The notes below the pieces were generated by a model. The model was given only the letters and a program-made list of their open reading frames with translations. It searched no databases and was not told the origin of the DNA. A program made the translations under genes and the position numbers. Positions 1 through 9,849 of a stretch of 62,348 nt of DNA are shown here, in pieces. Source of the stretch: Thermoplasmatota archaeon (GTDB taxonomy: Archaea > Thermoplasmatota > Thermoplasmata > Halarchaeoplasmatales > Halarchaeoplasmataceae); the NCBI GenBank assembly GCA_018334755.1, contig JAGXLI010000004.1, forward strand, positions 1 to 62,348, written 5' to 3'. Positions within the stretch are counted from its first letter, which is position 1; the number at the start of each line of letters is the position of its first letter.

Positions 1-1
1 T

Positions 2-3000
2 TATATGAGACAGGGCGTAGTCTTCTTGAAATACTATACCGGGGCGATAATGGAAGGGCAATTGAAAACAAAAGATGGGGCCACCGTTCCAGGAGCAAGG
101 GTCACCGTTCTTGACGAGAATGGAGTGCCCCATTCTACGGATATCACAGATGAGGACGGTAACTATAAGGTACTGCTACCAGCGGGAAATATCACGGTCA
201 CGGCCTCTACTGGCGGGATAGAAGAAGGTGGGGGACAAGCAGCCCAAATGGCCCAGATGAGAGGACGAATGGAGCCCGGGACAAGGCAGAGGATGCTAAA
301 ACAAGAACAAATCCAGCTAGATCAGATCAAGATGGAAGTCAGTGAAGAGCAGGCGATGAGGAAAAAAGTCGATAGAGACGGAGATGGACAGTGGGATTAT
401 AAGATAGATGAGGACTTCGAATTCGATTCCGGACAGATGGGCGGTAATGTTTTCCTAGACCAAAATGGAGATGAAGAGTATAATAAGGAAAACGAAACCC
501 TGCTTTCCGGTGGAGGAGAAGTCATCGTTGAAGAGTCCATCCAAGGCGTTAGAAGTTCTTACCAGATATCGAGCAACGGTTCATACAATATAAGCTCTTT
601 AGCCCCTGGAAGTTATTCAGTAAAGACATCTCTATCGGGAAGTTCTACCGTAGAAGACGTGCTTGTAAAAAGCGGAGAAAAGACTTCTGAGGATATACCC
701 GTCTCTGTTGGAGAGTTGAATGGAAATATCAGCTATGAAGACGTGGGGAAAGAAAAATCCGTGGAGTTGAGTCTCGAGAACAGTGACAAGGACTATACGG
801 TCGTTCTTGGAGAGACAAAAAATTACACTTTCGAAGATATAATCCCGGGTAATTACACTTTGAAGGTCAGCGATGAAGATCACACTCTCAAAGAGGGCCC
901 AAAGGACATAAGTATGGAAGAGAAGGTCAGTCTGAATCGGGATATAACCATAGTCAAATCATATCAGGTAGACGGTGTATTCGAGAGGAAAGGAGAACCA
1001 CTAGCAAATCAGAAGATCAGTATCCTGGGGAGACAGTACGATAGGATTATAACCACTGACGATCAAGGTGAATTCAGCGTAAAGCTCCCGGAAGCCGCTT
1101 ATCGGATCTATGGAACCAATAGAAAGGATGAAGCCACCTATGTCCATCTCGGAAGGATAGTAGTCGATTCTGATTTTGACGGTGACGAAAGATACGAGGG
1201 GGAATTTAAGGAAGGGTATGAACTGAGCGGACAATTGAAAAATGATGGCGAAGGGGTCAAAAATTGTGAGGTATTTATCAGAGAGAACTCAGGAGCTGAA
1301 TATTACCTTGTCACCAATAACAACGGAAGATTTAGCACCTATCTTCCAAAAGGAACTTACACGGTCTATGGATGGAAAGAATCCAGCATAGGACGACCAG
1401 GAGAAGACCTCTATTTCCTTGATAAGCTCAGGATAAGAGAGGATGAGGAGATAACAATCGAGGGTTCAAGTGCTCGGATTGTAGAGAGTCATATCAAGAG
1501 AGATATCCTGAAGGACGATCACGAAGGACCTAGTGAAGGATTGTACGCCACGATGGAAACCACTCTTGACAACATAACAGTGAGAGGAGATACTGCTCTT
1601 AGTGGAAGTTTCAAGATCGCCCTGCCTAGAGATGGGGCCGAGGTCACCTTCGATAAGATGGGTTATCACGAAAAAACCGTTACATACTCTCCCTTTGAGG
1701 AGATACCTGGGAATATCTCTTTAAAAGCAAAGGATATCAAAGTTGAAGGCGAAGTGAATTTCGATCAAGCGAAAACCGAAGAACTAACACTCAAGTTCAA
1801 ACCGATGAGCAGCGGAGCAGTTGAAAAAACGATCACGATCGACGAAAGATATTACGAAGTCGCTCTACAACCCGGAGAATACGAGATAGTGATAAACGAG
1901 TCGTTGGAAAATGGAGAGGCAAAGAATGAACACTCTGAAACTATCTCGATGATGCCAAGTGATGAGCGGGTTATGGAAAAAGATCTCAACCCAACGTACA
2001 AAGTAAAGGTAAACGGAACTATAAAAGACGATAAAGGGATACTATCATCCGCGGATATACGATTCTCAGGACCAGAAGGTAAAGAAGTCGCCGCCAATCG
2101 CTCGTACGAGGTGTACCTCGAGCCGGGTAACTATTCGATCCGAGCTGTCAACAGCGAGAAAGGTCTTTCGATGCAGAAGGGTCTCTCGATAGACAACTCC
2201 CTTACCAGCAGCATCGATTTAGAAAATCCTGTCAAAGTCAGGGCTTATCTGACCTATGCGGGTGAGGGGAGTTCAGAGATCCCCGTTCACTTCGAAAATG
2301 AAGAGTCTGGATATGTCATAGAGACCATGAGTGACATGGAAGGAGGGTTCAACTTATCTCTAGTGGAAGGCGATTATAATATCAAAGTAGACCAAAACAC
2401 GGAAGAAGAGATAGACGGGATGAAAAGAGATGTCTATTACACTCTGAACGAAACGATGCATACGAACACTTTAAGCACACCCCAGCGGCTGGATATGGAA
2501 AGAAATGTGCTCCATTCAACATTTTCTGGGCAGGTAACTAAAGATGGTAATTCTGTCAGCGAAGTGGAAGTAGAGATATTATCTCAAGAAGGAGAAGTAA
2601 AGAAAACCCTCCGCACGGATGAAAAGGGCTATTTCGAAAGCGACCTCCTTCACGGACGATATACTATATACGTTGCTCATGAGACCTCACGAGAGAAGCT
2701 AGGCAAATTCAAATACTTCGTCATGCCGGCGGAGAATAAGTCCATTGAGGTATCATTAGAGGAAGGAGTAACTCTATCTGGAAGAGTGCTCTTAAAAGGT
2801 GAAGGTGTTAAGAGCGATGTTACACTCCAGAGAAAAGAGGCTAAGAAGACATTTTCTACACAATCCAACGGGGATTACAGAGCCGTGATGCCCAAAGGAA
2901 CCTATACGATTGAATCTGAGATGGAAAAAGATATAGAATATGGCATTACAACGTTCAAATATGAAGATCAGATAGAACTCGCCTATGATGAATACCAGAG

Positions 3001-3820
3001 GATAGATCTCACCAAAGTAAAAGAATACGGTATGAATATAGACGAGCTACAAACGAAAACGGCATCGCAGGGCGAAAAGATCTCCTATACTGTTGACGTT
3101 ACCAATACAGGGAACGTCCGAGATGAATACGAGTTTTCCGCTAAAACAGCGGTATGGGATATCGAGTTCTCCCCCAAAACATTCGAACTTGAAGCAGGCG
3201 ATTCAAGGTCCGTTAACATCGAAGTCCAGGTGAAAGACAATGCAAGTGTGGATCATCCACCTATACAATTCACCTTGGATTCGATGAACTCCGAAAAGAT
3301 GGAAGAGAAAGAGCTGCCCATAGATGTGAGGCAGTTCTATGGTGTCGAGCTATCCTCAGATGTTATAAATAAGAGATACGGCCGCGGGACTATAACTTAT
3401 TCAGTAAACATTACGAATACTGGAAATGGAAAGGATCGATACAATATAAGAGTCGACAACCGAGAAAAACTTAGGGACCAGGGCTGGTCCGTTTCCGTTA
3501 AAGAACAGACAAATAATATAAGTGATCTTCAGAGCAAAGAGATCGAAGTGACTCTAGAAGCTATATCATCCAAACCGAAAGAGAACATCCGAGTAGAAGT
3601 GCAAGCTTATTCCGATCTGCAGAACTCAGCGACAGATACGGTCTCGATACGTATTAATCAGCCTCAATTATCTATCGATTCAGATTCCCTGGACATGGAT
3701 AGTGAAGAAGCAAATCTGGAGGAAGAAGAATTCAGTCTATCGAATTGGCAGTGGGGTGCCATAATAATCGCGGTGATAATCGGGGCCCTATACATCATGA
3801 AGAGGAGGAGGTGGATCTGA
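2..3820 (+). CDS. C-terminal part of a very large membrane-anchored surface protein with carboxypeptidase-regulatory-like/Ig repeats; probably Thermoplasmata-type oligosaccharyltransferase AglB/STT3 with long C-terminal extension (5' truncated by window)
   Basis: Frame open to the window edge; repeated beta-sandwich motifs (V.GARVTV...TDEDGNY, TDDQGEF, TDEKGYF); DxDxDG loop (DRDGDG); two VTNTGN/ITNTGN Ig domains; C-terminal TM + KRRR. The AglB call rests on recalled architecture because the catalytic STT3 part is outside the window. Confidence 0.6.
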   Translation, partial: YMRQGVVFLKYYTGAIMEGQLKTKDGATVPGARVTVLDENGVPHSTDITDEDGNYKVLLPAGNITVTASTGGIEEGGGQAAQMAQMRGRMEPGTRQRMLKQEQIQLDQIKMEVSEEQAMRKKVDRDGDGQWDYKIDEDFEFDSGQMGGNVFLDQNGDEEYNKENETLLSGGGEVIVEESIQGVRSSYQISSNGSYNISSLAPGSYSVKTSLSGSSTVEDVLVKSGEKTSEDIPVSVGELNGNISYEDVGKEKSVELSLENSDKDYTVVLGETKNYTFEDIIPGNYTLKVSDEDHTLKEGPKDISMEEKVSLNRDITIVKSYQVDGVFERKGEPLANQKISILGRQYDRIITTDDQGEFSVKLPEAAYRIYGTNRKDEATYVHLGRIVVDSDFDGDERYEGEFKEGYELSGQLKNDGEGVKNCEVFIRENSGAEYYLVTNNNGRFSTYLPKGTYTVYGWKESSIGRPGEDLYFLDKLRIREDEEITIEGSSARIVESHIKRDILKDDHEGPSEGLYATMETTLDNITVRGDTALSGSFKIALPRDGAEVTFDKMGYHEKTVTYSPFEEIPGNISLKAKDIKVEGEVNFDQAKTEELTLKFKPMSSGAVEKTITIDERYYEVALQPGEYEIVINESLENGEAKNEHSETISMMPSDERVMEKDLNPTYKVKVNGTIKDDKGILSSADIRFSGPEGKEVAANRSYEVYLEPGNYSIRAVNSEKGLSMQKGLSIDNSLTSSIDLENPVKVRAYLTYAGEGSSEIPVHFENEESGYVIETMSDMEGGFNLSLVEGDYNIKVDQNTEEEIDGMKRDVYYTLNETMHTNTLSTPQRLDMERNVLHSTFSGQVTKDGNSVSEVEVEILSQEGEVKKTLRTDEKGYFESDLLHGRYTIYVAHETSREKLGKFKYFVMPAENKSIEVSLEEGVTLSGRVLLKGEGVKSDVTLQRKEAKKTFSTQSNGDYRAVMPKGTYTIESEMEKDIEYGITTFKYEDQIELAYDEYQRIDLTKVKEYGMNIDELQTKTASQGEKISYTVDVTNTGNVRDEYEFSAKTAVWDIEFSPKTFELEAGDSRSVNIEVQVKDNASVDHPPIQFTLDSMNSEKMEEKELPIDVRQFYGVELSSDVINKRYGRGTITYSVNITNTGNGKDRYNIRVDNREKLRDQGWSVSVKEQTNNISDLQSKEIEVTLEAISSKPKENIRVEVQAYSDLQNSATDTVSIRINQPQLSIDSDSLDMDSEEANLEEEEFSLSNWQWGAIIIAVIIGALYIMKRRRWI

Positions 3821-4623
3821 TGAGAAAAACAGGCACCCTGTTCATGGTAACTTTTCTCCTTCTGATAGCTTCTATCGGTACTATCGGGCTTCAGAACACA
3901 GAGGGAGCGAGAGAAGTTAGAGGAATCAACATAGACGTACAACAGGAGAAAGGACAAGATGTCTTCTTCGTGAATGATACAGAAAACTTCAAAGTGGAAA
4001 TTTTAGGTCGATTCCAGGCAGATGGAGAAGTGATCAAATCAGAGAATGCGGACAATTGGACTCTTAAGACCGAGACCAATGCTGACGCAACCATCGAACC
4101 AAAAGATCAGGATTCCAACGTGAGTAACCGATTTTCCGTCAACGTAACTGTCCATGAAAAGGGAAAAGCGAATCTGAACTTTACAGCTTACTGCGCCAAA
4201 GATGACAGTGTACGGTACTCGACAAGGCAGATGGAGATAAAGGTTGTCGAACCAGAATCTGTGTCGATCTCCGTAGATAATCCCACATCCTATGAAATAG
4301 AAGAAACCGATGTGAACCTCTATATCGACGGCGAGTTGATAAACACGAAGACGATCAAAAATTTAGGACCTGATGAAAGTAGAAAAGTTAAATTCAACTG
4401 GTCTAGCAGTGGATTCGGTCCTGGTGAACATAAACTAGAGATAAAGGTAGATTACGGGATCGAAGGGAGCGAAGAGAAAGTGCACCTGAGCCGTACGTTC
4501 TACATCGAAGAGGAAACCAATACAGGTCTGTATGCAGGTATAGCAGCCGTAGGCATAGGTGCTGCGGTGGTGATCTTCCTACTCTTCAGAAGGAAAAGAA
4601 AGAGACGCAGAAGACCGTGGTGA
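3820..4623 (+). CDS. Secreted CARDB/Ig-like domain protein with C-terminal membrane anchor
   Basis: ATG overlaps the upstream TGA (TGATG); signal peptide MRKTGTLFMVTFLLLIAS; CARDB-like VNLYIDG..LGPDESRKVKFNW..GEHKLEIKVD; TM + RRKRKRRR tail. Confidence 0.7.
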   Translation: MRKTGTLFMVTFLLLIASIGTIGLQNTEGAREVRGINIDVQQEKGQDVFFVNDTENFKVEILGRFQADGEVIKSENADNWTLKTETNADATIEPKDQDSNVSNRFSVNVTVHEKGKANLNFTAYCAKDDSVRYSTRQMEIKVVEPESVSISVDNPTSYEIEETDVNLYIDGELINTKTIKNLGPDESRKVKFNWSSSGFGPGEHKLEIKVDYGIEGSEEKVHLSRTFYIEEETNTGLYAGIAAVGIGAAVVIFLLFRRKRKRRRRPW

Positions 4624-4749
4624 GATGTGGCCTAGAAGTCTTGTGATGCTATAGTAGACAGGGTCTTAGTACCTTTTTCTTCCTTTTTTGAACTCATCTC
4701 TCAATATCACAAATCATAGGTCAATATCACAATTCATCAGCTTTCAGAT

Positions 4750-6987
4750 TCACATCACTTCGCTGCCTGGTGGTAGCTCTTCGTCCAATCGGACCACACC
4801 TTCACTATCTTTTAGGAGTAAGGCATTATCCTCATCATCTATAAGGGCGACTCCAACCCTTTCAACCTCTTTTCCTTCTTCTTCCTCCTCCTCTTCCTTG
4901 GCTTTGAAGGTTTCGGCATCTATCAAATTCACGACGTCGTCAGCTATGATCTTTCCGTCCTCTTTCTTCACGGTTTTTAATTCGTACTCCTCAAAATCAT
5001 CGAACGAGATCATCTCGGCACCCGGTCCAGTTCCCTTTATGTTCTCCCCGACATTTCCTCTAGGTTCCAGTAGAGAGACCTTGTCATCACTTTGAGCCGC
5101 CAGCATCATACCTTCGGATTCGATCCCCCTCAATTTAGCGGGTTCTAGATTTGCAACGACGGCGATCTTCTTATCCTCCATCTGTTCTTTATCGTAGTAC
5201 GGCTTTAGACCAGCTACTAGCGTTCTTTCTTCTTCTCCCATGTCCACTCGACATATGTACAGTTTGTCGGCGTTAGGATGCTCCTGTACTTTACTTATCT
5301 CTCCTACTCTGAGATCCAATCTTTCCAGTGAATTCCTTAAATCAGTCTCTTCCCTCATCTCGGATAGATCTATCTTCTCATAGAGTGGCTCTGGTTCGTC
5401 TAGTTCTATCCCGGTTTCTATCGGCTCAATAGCCTCTTTCCAGTCCTGTTCGTGAACGCTGCCCTCCTGTTCCAGATAGACCCACAGTTCATCCATACTA
5501 TCGGGAAGATAGGGAGCCCCGGTTACACAGAGAGCTTTTACTATCCGAAGAGAAATATTTATGGTGGTTCCAGCCGATTCTTTATCTTCATCGACTTCTT
5601 CCCAAGGAGCCTTGTCATTGAAATATTTGTTTCCAGTCCTAGAGAGCGCCGTCAGTTCTTTTAATCCCTTGTTAAATTTTCTACCCTCTAGTTTCTCACT
5701 AATTGCCTCTACTCTTTTCTCTATCTCTTCTATAACTTCAGTGTCCCTCTCCTCCAATTCTCCCGCTTCTGGGGTCTCGTCAAAGTTAGAATGGGTGAAA
5801 GAAAGAACTCTATGTATGAAATTACCTAGATTACCCACGAGTTCTGAATTTATCTTCTCTTGGAATTCATCCCAGGTGAAGTTCGTGTCTTTGGTCTCCG
5901 GCATTATGGTAGTGATATAATACCGGACCGCATCGCTGTCGAAATCTCTCAATACGTCGGGTAAGGAAACTATTATCCCTCTAGAAGTGGAGAACTGTTC
6001 TCCTCCAAGCCGCATGTACTGGTTGGCGGGGACATCATAAGGTAGATTCAGGTCCTCGTCGTAACCCATCAACATGGCCGGCCATATGATAGTATGAAAG
6101 GGGATGTTATCCTTAGCCAAAAAGTAATAGTGTTCAGCATCCGGGTCCTTCCAGAATTTGGTCCAATCGCCGTCTGTTTCTTCTGACCATTTTATCGATG
6201 TAGATAGATATCCGATGACAGCTTCGAACCAGACGTAAATTTTTTTCTCTTCATATCCCTCAACCGGGACAGGGATGCCCCATTCCATATCCCTAGATAT
6301 GGGACGGTCCTCGAGCCCTTCGTCCAGCCATCCTTTCGTAAAGTTCAGAACATGATTTTTCCAGTGATCCTTATCTTCGACATACTCTTCTAACTTTTCC
6401 TGGAAGGCCGAAAGTCTCAGGAAAAAATGTTCACTTTCCTTAAGCTCGGGCCTTCCCCCACAGTGTTTACATTCCGGTTCTATCAGGTCCTCTGGATCCA
6501 ATAAAGCTCCGCATTCATCACACTGATCTCCATCGATCTCCTCCTGACCGCATTCCGGACAGGTGCCTATAACATACCTATCCGGGAGGAATTTTTCACA
6601 GTGTGGACAGTAAAAAGTTTCCATCGTGTCCATATAGATGTGATCTTTTTCGTATAAGGTCTTGAAGATGTCCCGTGCGACCCTTTTATGAGTGTCATTC
6701 ATCGTGTAGGTAAAAAGTGTGAAATCCACACCTAGGTCTTTCAGCGCTTTAGAATTAATCTGATGATACTTTTCGGCGGTCTCCTTCGGTGTCAATCCTT
6801 CCTCCTCTGCAGTTACTGTTACAGGGGTGCCGTGCTGATCTGATCCCGAGACCATCAGGACCTCGTTCCCCTTCATCTTGTGATAGCGCCTGAATATATC
6901 TGGGGGAAGATAACAACCGCCAACCTGTCCGATGTGTATTGGACCATTCGCATACGGCCATGCGACTCCTATGAGTATCCGTTTCAT
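4750..6987 (-). CDS. metG: Methionine--tRNA ligase with C-terminal tRNA-binding OB domain
   Basis: PYANGPIHIG (HIGH), GSDQHG, Zn knuckle CxxC pairs, YVWFEA, KDNIPFH, QFSTS (KMSKS equivalent), HPNADKL..NLEPAKLRGIESEGM. Confidence 0.97.
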   Translation of the reverse strand: MKRILIGVAWPYANGPIHIGQVGGCYLPPDIFRRYHKMKGNEVLMVSGSDQHGTPVTVTAEEEGLTPKETAEKYHQINSKALKDLGVDFTLFTYTMNDTHKRVARDIFKTLYEKDHIYMDTMETFYCPHCEKFLPDRYVIGTCPECGQEEIDGDQCDECGALLDPEDLIEPECKHCGGRPELKESEHFFLRLSAFQEKLEEYVEDKDHWKNHVLNFTKGWLDEGLEDRPISRDMEWGIPVPVEGYEEKKIYVWFEAVIGYLSTSIKWSEETDGDWTKFWKDPDAEHYYFLAKDNIPFHTIIWPAMLMGYDEDLNLPYDVPANQYMRLGGEQFSTSRGIIVSLPDVLRDFDSDAVRYYITTIMPETKDTNFTWDEFQEKINSELVGNLGNFIHRVLSFTHSNFDETPEAGELEERDTEVIEEIEKRVEAISEKLEGRKFNKGLKELTALSRTGNKYFNDKAPWEEVDEDKESAGTTINISLRIVKALCVTGAPYLPDSMDELWVYLEQEGSVHEQDWKEAIEPIETGIELDEPEPLYEKIDLSEMREETDLRNSLERLDLRVGEISKVQEHPNADKLYICRVDMGEEERTLVAGLKPYYDKEQMEDKKIAVVANLEPAKLRGIESEGMMLAAQSDDKVSLLEPRGNVGENIKGTGPGAEMISFDDFEEYELKTVKKEDGKIIADDVVNLIDAETFKAKEEEEEEEGKEVERVGVALIDDEDNALLLKDSEGVVRLDEELPPGSEVM

Positions 6988-7084
6988 GGTTGGGGATAAG
7001 ACTAGTGAGATATAAATTCAATGATTGATCTGTCAGACAAAACTATTGTTGATGGGTTTAACAAGGCAGTATTGAGTTTTGGTG

Positions 7085-7104
7085 AAATGCAGGCGCCGGG
7101 ATTC
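7085..7104. repeat. 20-bp direct repeat of the tRNA-Gly 3' end (aaatgcaggcgccgggattc; second copy 7234-7253), att-like
   Basis: Exact 20-bp match read directly; a further 7 bp of T-arm (gaacccg, 7159-7165) resumes after a 54-bp insert. Confidence 0.85.
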
Positions 7105-7236
7105 TAGTCAGAATCAAAGATTCTAACAGCTCGAAAATTTTTTAAAAATTTTACTCGCGAACCCGAGGCATACCTGGTGAGGGTGATAAGGAATTCATTC
7201 CTTTAGAACCCAAGGGTTCTCATCCCACCGCCAAAA

Positions 7237-7310
7237 TGCAGGCGCCGGGATTCGAACCCGGCCAATGAGCTTGGAAGGCTCAGATCCTAACCAGACTAGA
7301 TCACGCCTGC
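7237..7310 (-). tRNA. tRNA-Gly (TCC), intronless, CCA not encoded
   Basis: Reverse complement GCAGGCGTGATCTAGTCTGGTTAGGATCTGAGCCTTCCAAGCTCATTGGCCGGGTTCGAATCCCGGCGCCTGCA folds as a cloverleaf; anticodon loop CTTCCAA. Confidence 0.96.
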
Positions 7311-7429
7311 AATCTGTGTAAGCTCATAAAAAGAAGTGATATTAACCTTTTCTGCTTTCCCTTTTGTCCTCTTTTGTACCGATAGATTTTTATTGGTAGT
7401 TATCAATCCCATAGTCGGACGTGAACCCA

Positions 7430-7816
7430 ATGATAGGAGATTTCATCAAGAAGAAGACCCATTTCAAGAAGAAAAAGGGACAAGGACCAGAGTTAGAATC
7501 TGAAGAATATGTAGACCTCACTCATCTCGCTGATGAAGAGGAAGGATTCTCTGAAGCCGATACTTTGATCAAGATCGCAGAGATACATCGGTTCGAAGAT
7601 GTGAGAGATGTCACCGAAGAGGTGTATGACGGCAACATCCTCCTTGTAGATACTGAAGCAATAGCGGGAAATGAGGATGCACTGGAAAGGGTGCAGAGTG
7701 AACTGAAGGCGGTAGCGAGCGATGTTTCTGGCGATATAGCGGGAATAGGAAACGATTTCCTCGCGGTCACCCCTGAAGGCATCGCGATAGACAGAGAAAA
7801 GATAAAACCCTTCTAA
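7430..7816 (+). CDS. sepF: Cell division protein SepF (archaeal DUF552 type)
   Basis: EYVDL N-terminal motif; EVYDGNILLVD..ELKAVA..GDIAGIG..LAVTPEGIAIDREK. Start could be 7421 (GTG). Confidence 0.85.
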   Translation: MIGDFIKKKTHFKKKKGQGPELESEEYVDLTHLADEEEGFSEADTLIKIAEIHRFEDVRDVTEEVYDGNILLVDTEAIAGNEDALERVQSELKAVASDVSGDIAGIGNDFLAVTPEGIAIDREKIKPF

Positions 7817-7913
7817 AAAGGACCTAGCTCATCAAAATCTGGTCCGGGATCGATCCTTTCCTAGCTCACGAAGTGTTAACTCTATCCGTTAAAGGTATCT
7901 CCTATCATCAATC

Positions 7914-8849
7914 TTATTCTCCAAAGGATAAACCCATTTCCGTAGAATTCAAAATATAGGGTTTTCCTCCTCTTCGTTCTATGACTTCCGCAACTTTTTC
8001 CGGCTGGTCGGTCAAAGCTATCATCGACCCGCCGCCTCCCGCACCGGTAAGTTTTGCACCATAGGAATATTTTCTAGCACCTTTTATCAGCCTCTCCAAC
8101 TTGGGATGGCTCACTCCAAGGATCGAAAGTAAGCGCTGATTTTCGTCCATCAGCTCTCCTACCCTCTCTATATCACCACTTTCCAGATGAGAACTTCCTT
8201 TTCTCACTATCCTTCCAATGTCCTCGACTATCTCTTTTGCGAAGTTATTTTTTTCGTAGAATCTCTTCACTTTCTTGACCAGAGGAGCAGTGGGAGAATG
8301 AACGCCAGTATCTCCGATCACGAATTTGACGTCCGGTATCGGTCTATGATGGATATTCCATCTTTTTTCCTTCTTCCCGATCTCCCACAAAAAATCTTCC
8401 TCTTTCTCTTCTGAAACCATGATCGCACTGCCATGAGTGGAGGTAGAGGTATCGATGGGACTCGCATTTCCTTGGACCTCGAATTCGACATTGAAGGCGT
8501 CCTCAGCTATCTGCTCTTCAGTTACTTCGTTTTCTGCAAGCTTCCTAAGGCAGCCGAGAGTAGATACACTTATAGCCGCTGAAGAACCCATACCTGCGCC
8601 GCTCGGGAGCTCACTTTCAGTCTCTATTTTTAAATCATCATCGATGCCCACGCGATTTAGACATTCTAGGATATAACTGTGATACTCCTCCTGGATCGGA
8701 TAACCGTTCACGGTCGTTTCAGATGAAGAACTGGAGATCTCACAGAAGGAACGTTTATTGACCGCTAAAGCTAAAGCTGGCTCTCCGTAGACCACGGCGT
8801 GCTCTCCGAACAATATGATCTTTCCAGGTGCTGACGCTTTCACTTTCAC
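7914..8849 (-). CDS. mvk: Mevalonate kinase
   Basis: APGKIILFGEHAVVYG, PSGAGMGSSAA, KLTGAGGGG GHMP motifs. Confidence 0.95.
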   Translation of the reverse strand: MKVKASAPGKIILFGEHAVVYGEPALALAVNKRSFCEISSSSSETTVNGYPIQEEYHSYILECLNRVGIDDDLKIETESELPSGAGMGSSAAISVSTLGCLRKLAENEVTEEQIAEDAFNVEFEVQGNASPIDTSTSTHGSAIMVSEEKEEDFLWEIGKKEKRWNIHHRPIPDVKFVIGDTGVHSPTAPLVKKVKRFYEKNNFAKEIVEDIGRIVRKGSSHLESGDIERVGELMDENQRLLSILGVSHPKLERLIKGARKYSYGAKLTGAGGGGSMIALTDQPEKVAEVIERRGGKPYILNSTEMGLSFGE

Positions 8850-8918
8850 GATTCTACAAGTACAAAAAAGAATCCCTACTTATATATTCGGAAGGTAGAA
8901 AGAAGAAAAGGAAAATAT

Positions 8919-9779
8919 CTATAGATAGCTGAAATCCTTAGCCATCTCTCTCAACCTTTTGACCCTCTCTTCGGTCGGGGGATGGGAAGAGAAAAGCTTC
9001 ACGAAAGTGCTCTTCTTGAAGGGATTCACTATGAAGAGTGAAGAGGTCGTGGTGCTTTTACTTTTCATAGGATTTTTCTTGTTTTCGGCACTTAACTTTT
9101 CGAGTGCCCTTGCCAAGGCTTTGGGATTTTTAGATATCTCGGCCCCTTTCTTGTCCGCCTTGAATTCTCTTTTTCTAGAGATTGCAAGTTTTATTATAAT
9201 GGCGCCGATAGGAGCCAAGATCATCACGACCAAAAATATTGGATTTATCCTTCTTCGACTGAAGAACATCTGAAACCAGACCAGCCTCGCCATGATCGTG
9301 ATAGCTCCGGCAAGCGTAGCTGCTATGCTCATGACCAGCATATCTCTACTTTTGATGTGACCGACCTCGTGAGAAAGGACTCCTTTGAGTTCCTCTTCAT
9401 CCAGGATGTTCAAGATGCCTTCCGTGGCGGCAACGACTGCGTTGTCCTCGTTTCTACCGGTGGCGAACGCGTTGGGCGTATTCGAAGGGACTATGGCCAC
9501 TTTCGGCATCTTTATATCCGCTTCTCTTGCCACCTCTTTCACTATGTTGTACAGTTGGGGATTATCTTTCTCTTCTATGATCTCTGCGTTATGAGACCTT
9601 AGGATCAATTTATGACTGTAGAAGTAAGTTACGAGGTTCATCACCGCCGCGATGCCCAAGAAAAGGAGCGTTCCAAGTATCCAATTTCCCAGGAAAAATC
9701 CGCCTATCAACCACCCTATCCCTATGAAGAAAATGAACATGAAGACGAACAGCCCGGTGGTTTGAGCCTGTGCTTTCAT
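8919..9779 (-). CDS. htpX: Zinc metalloprotease HtpX (M48)
   Basis: PNAFATG, HEVGH, SRKREFKAD, SSHPP; TM segments. Confidence 0.95.
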   Translation of the reverse strand: MKAQAQTTGLFVFMFIFFIGIGWLIGGFFLGNWILGTLLFLGIAAVMNLVTYFYSHKLILRSHNAEIIEEKDNPQLYNIVKEVAREADIKMPKVAIVPSNTPNAFATGRNEDNAVVAATEGILNILDEEELKGVLSHEVGHIKSRDMLVMSIAATLAGAITIMARLVWFQMFFSRRRINPIFLVVMILAPIGAIIIKLAISRKREFKADKKGAEISKNPKALARALEKLSAENKKNPMKSKSTTTSSLFIVNPFKKSTFVKLFSSHPPTEERVKRLREMAKDFSYL

Positions 9780-9849
9780 CTCATAATAGATTCAATCTAA
9801 GTGACATATAAAGGTTTTGAAACTGAAAAAGATGAAACATCCCAGAGAT

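Noticed and set aside
7085-7236. Second tRNA with a non-canonical T-loop intron
   Set aside because: No BHB at the junctions, and no 5' acceptor strand or anticodon arm
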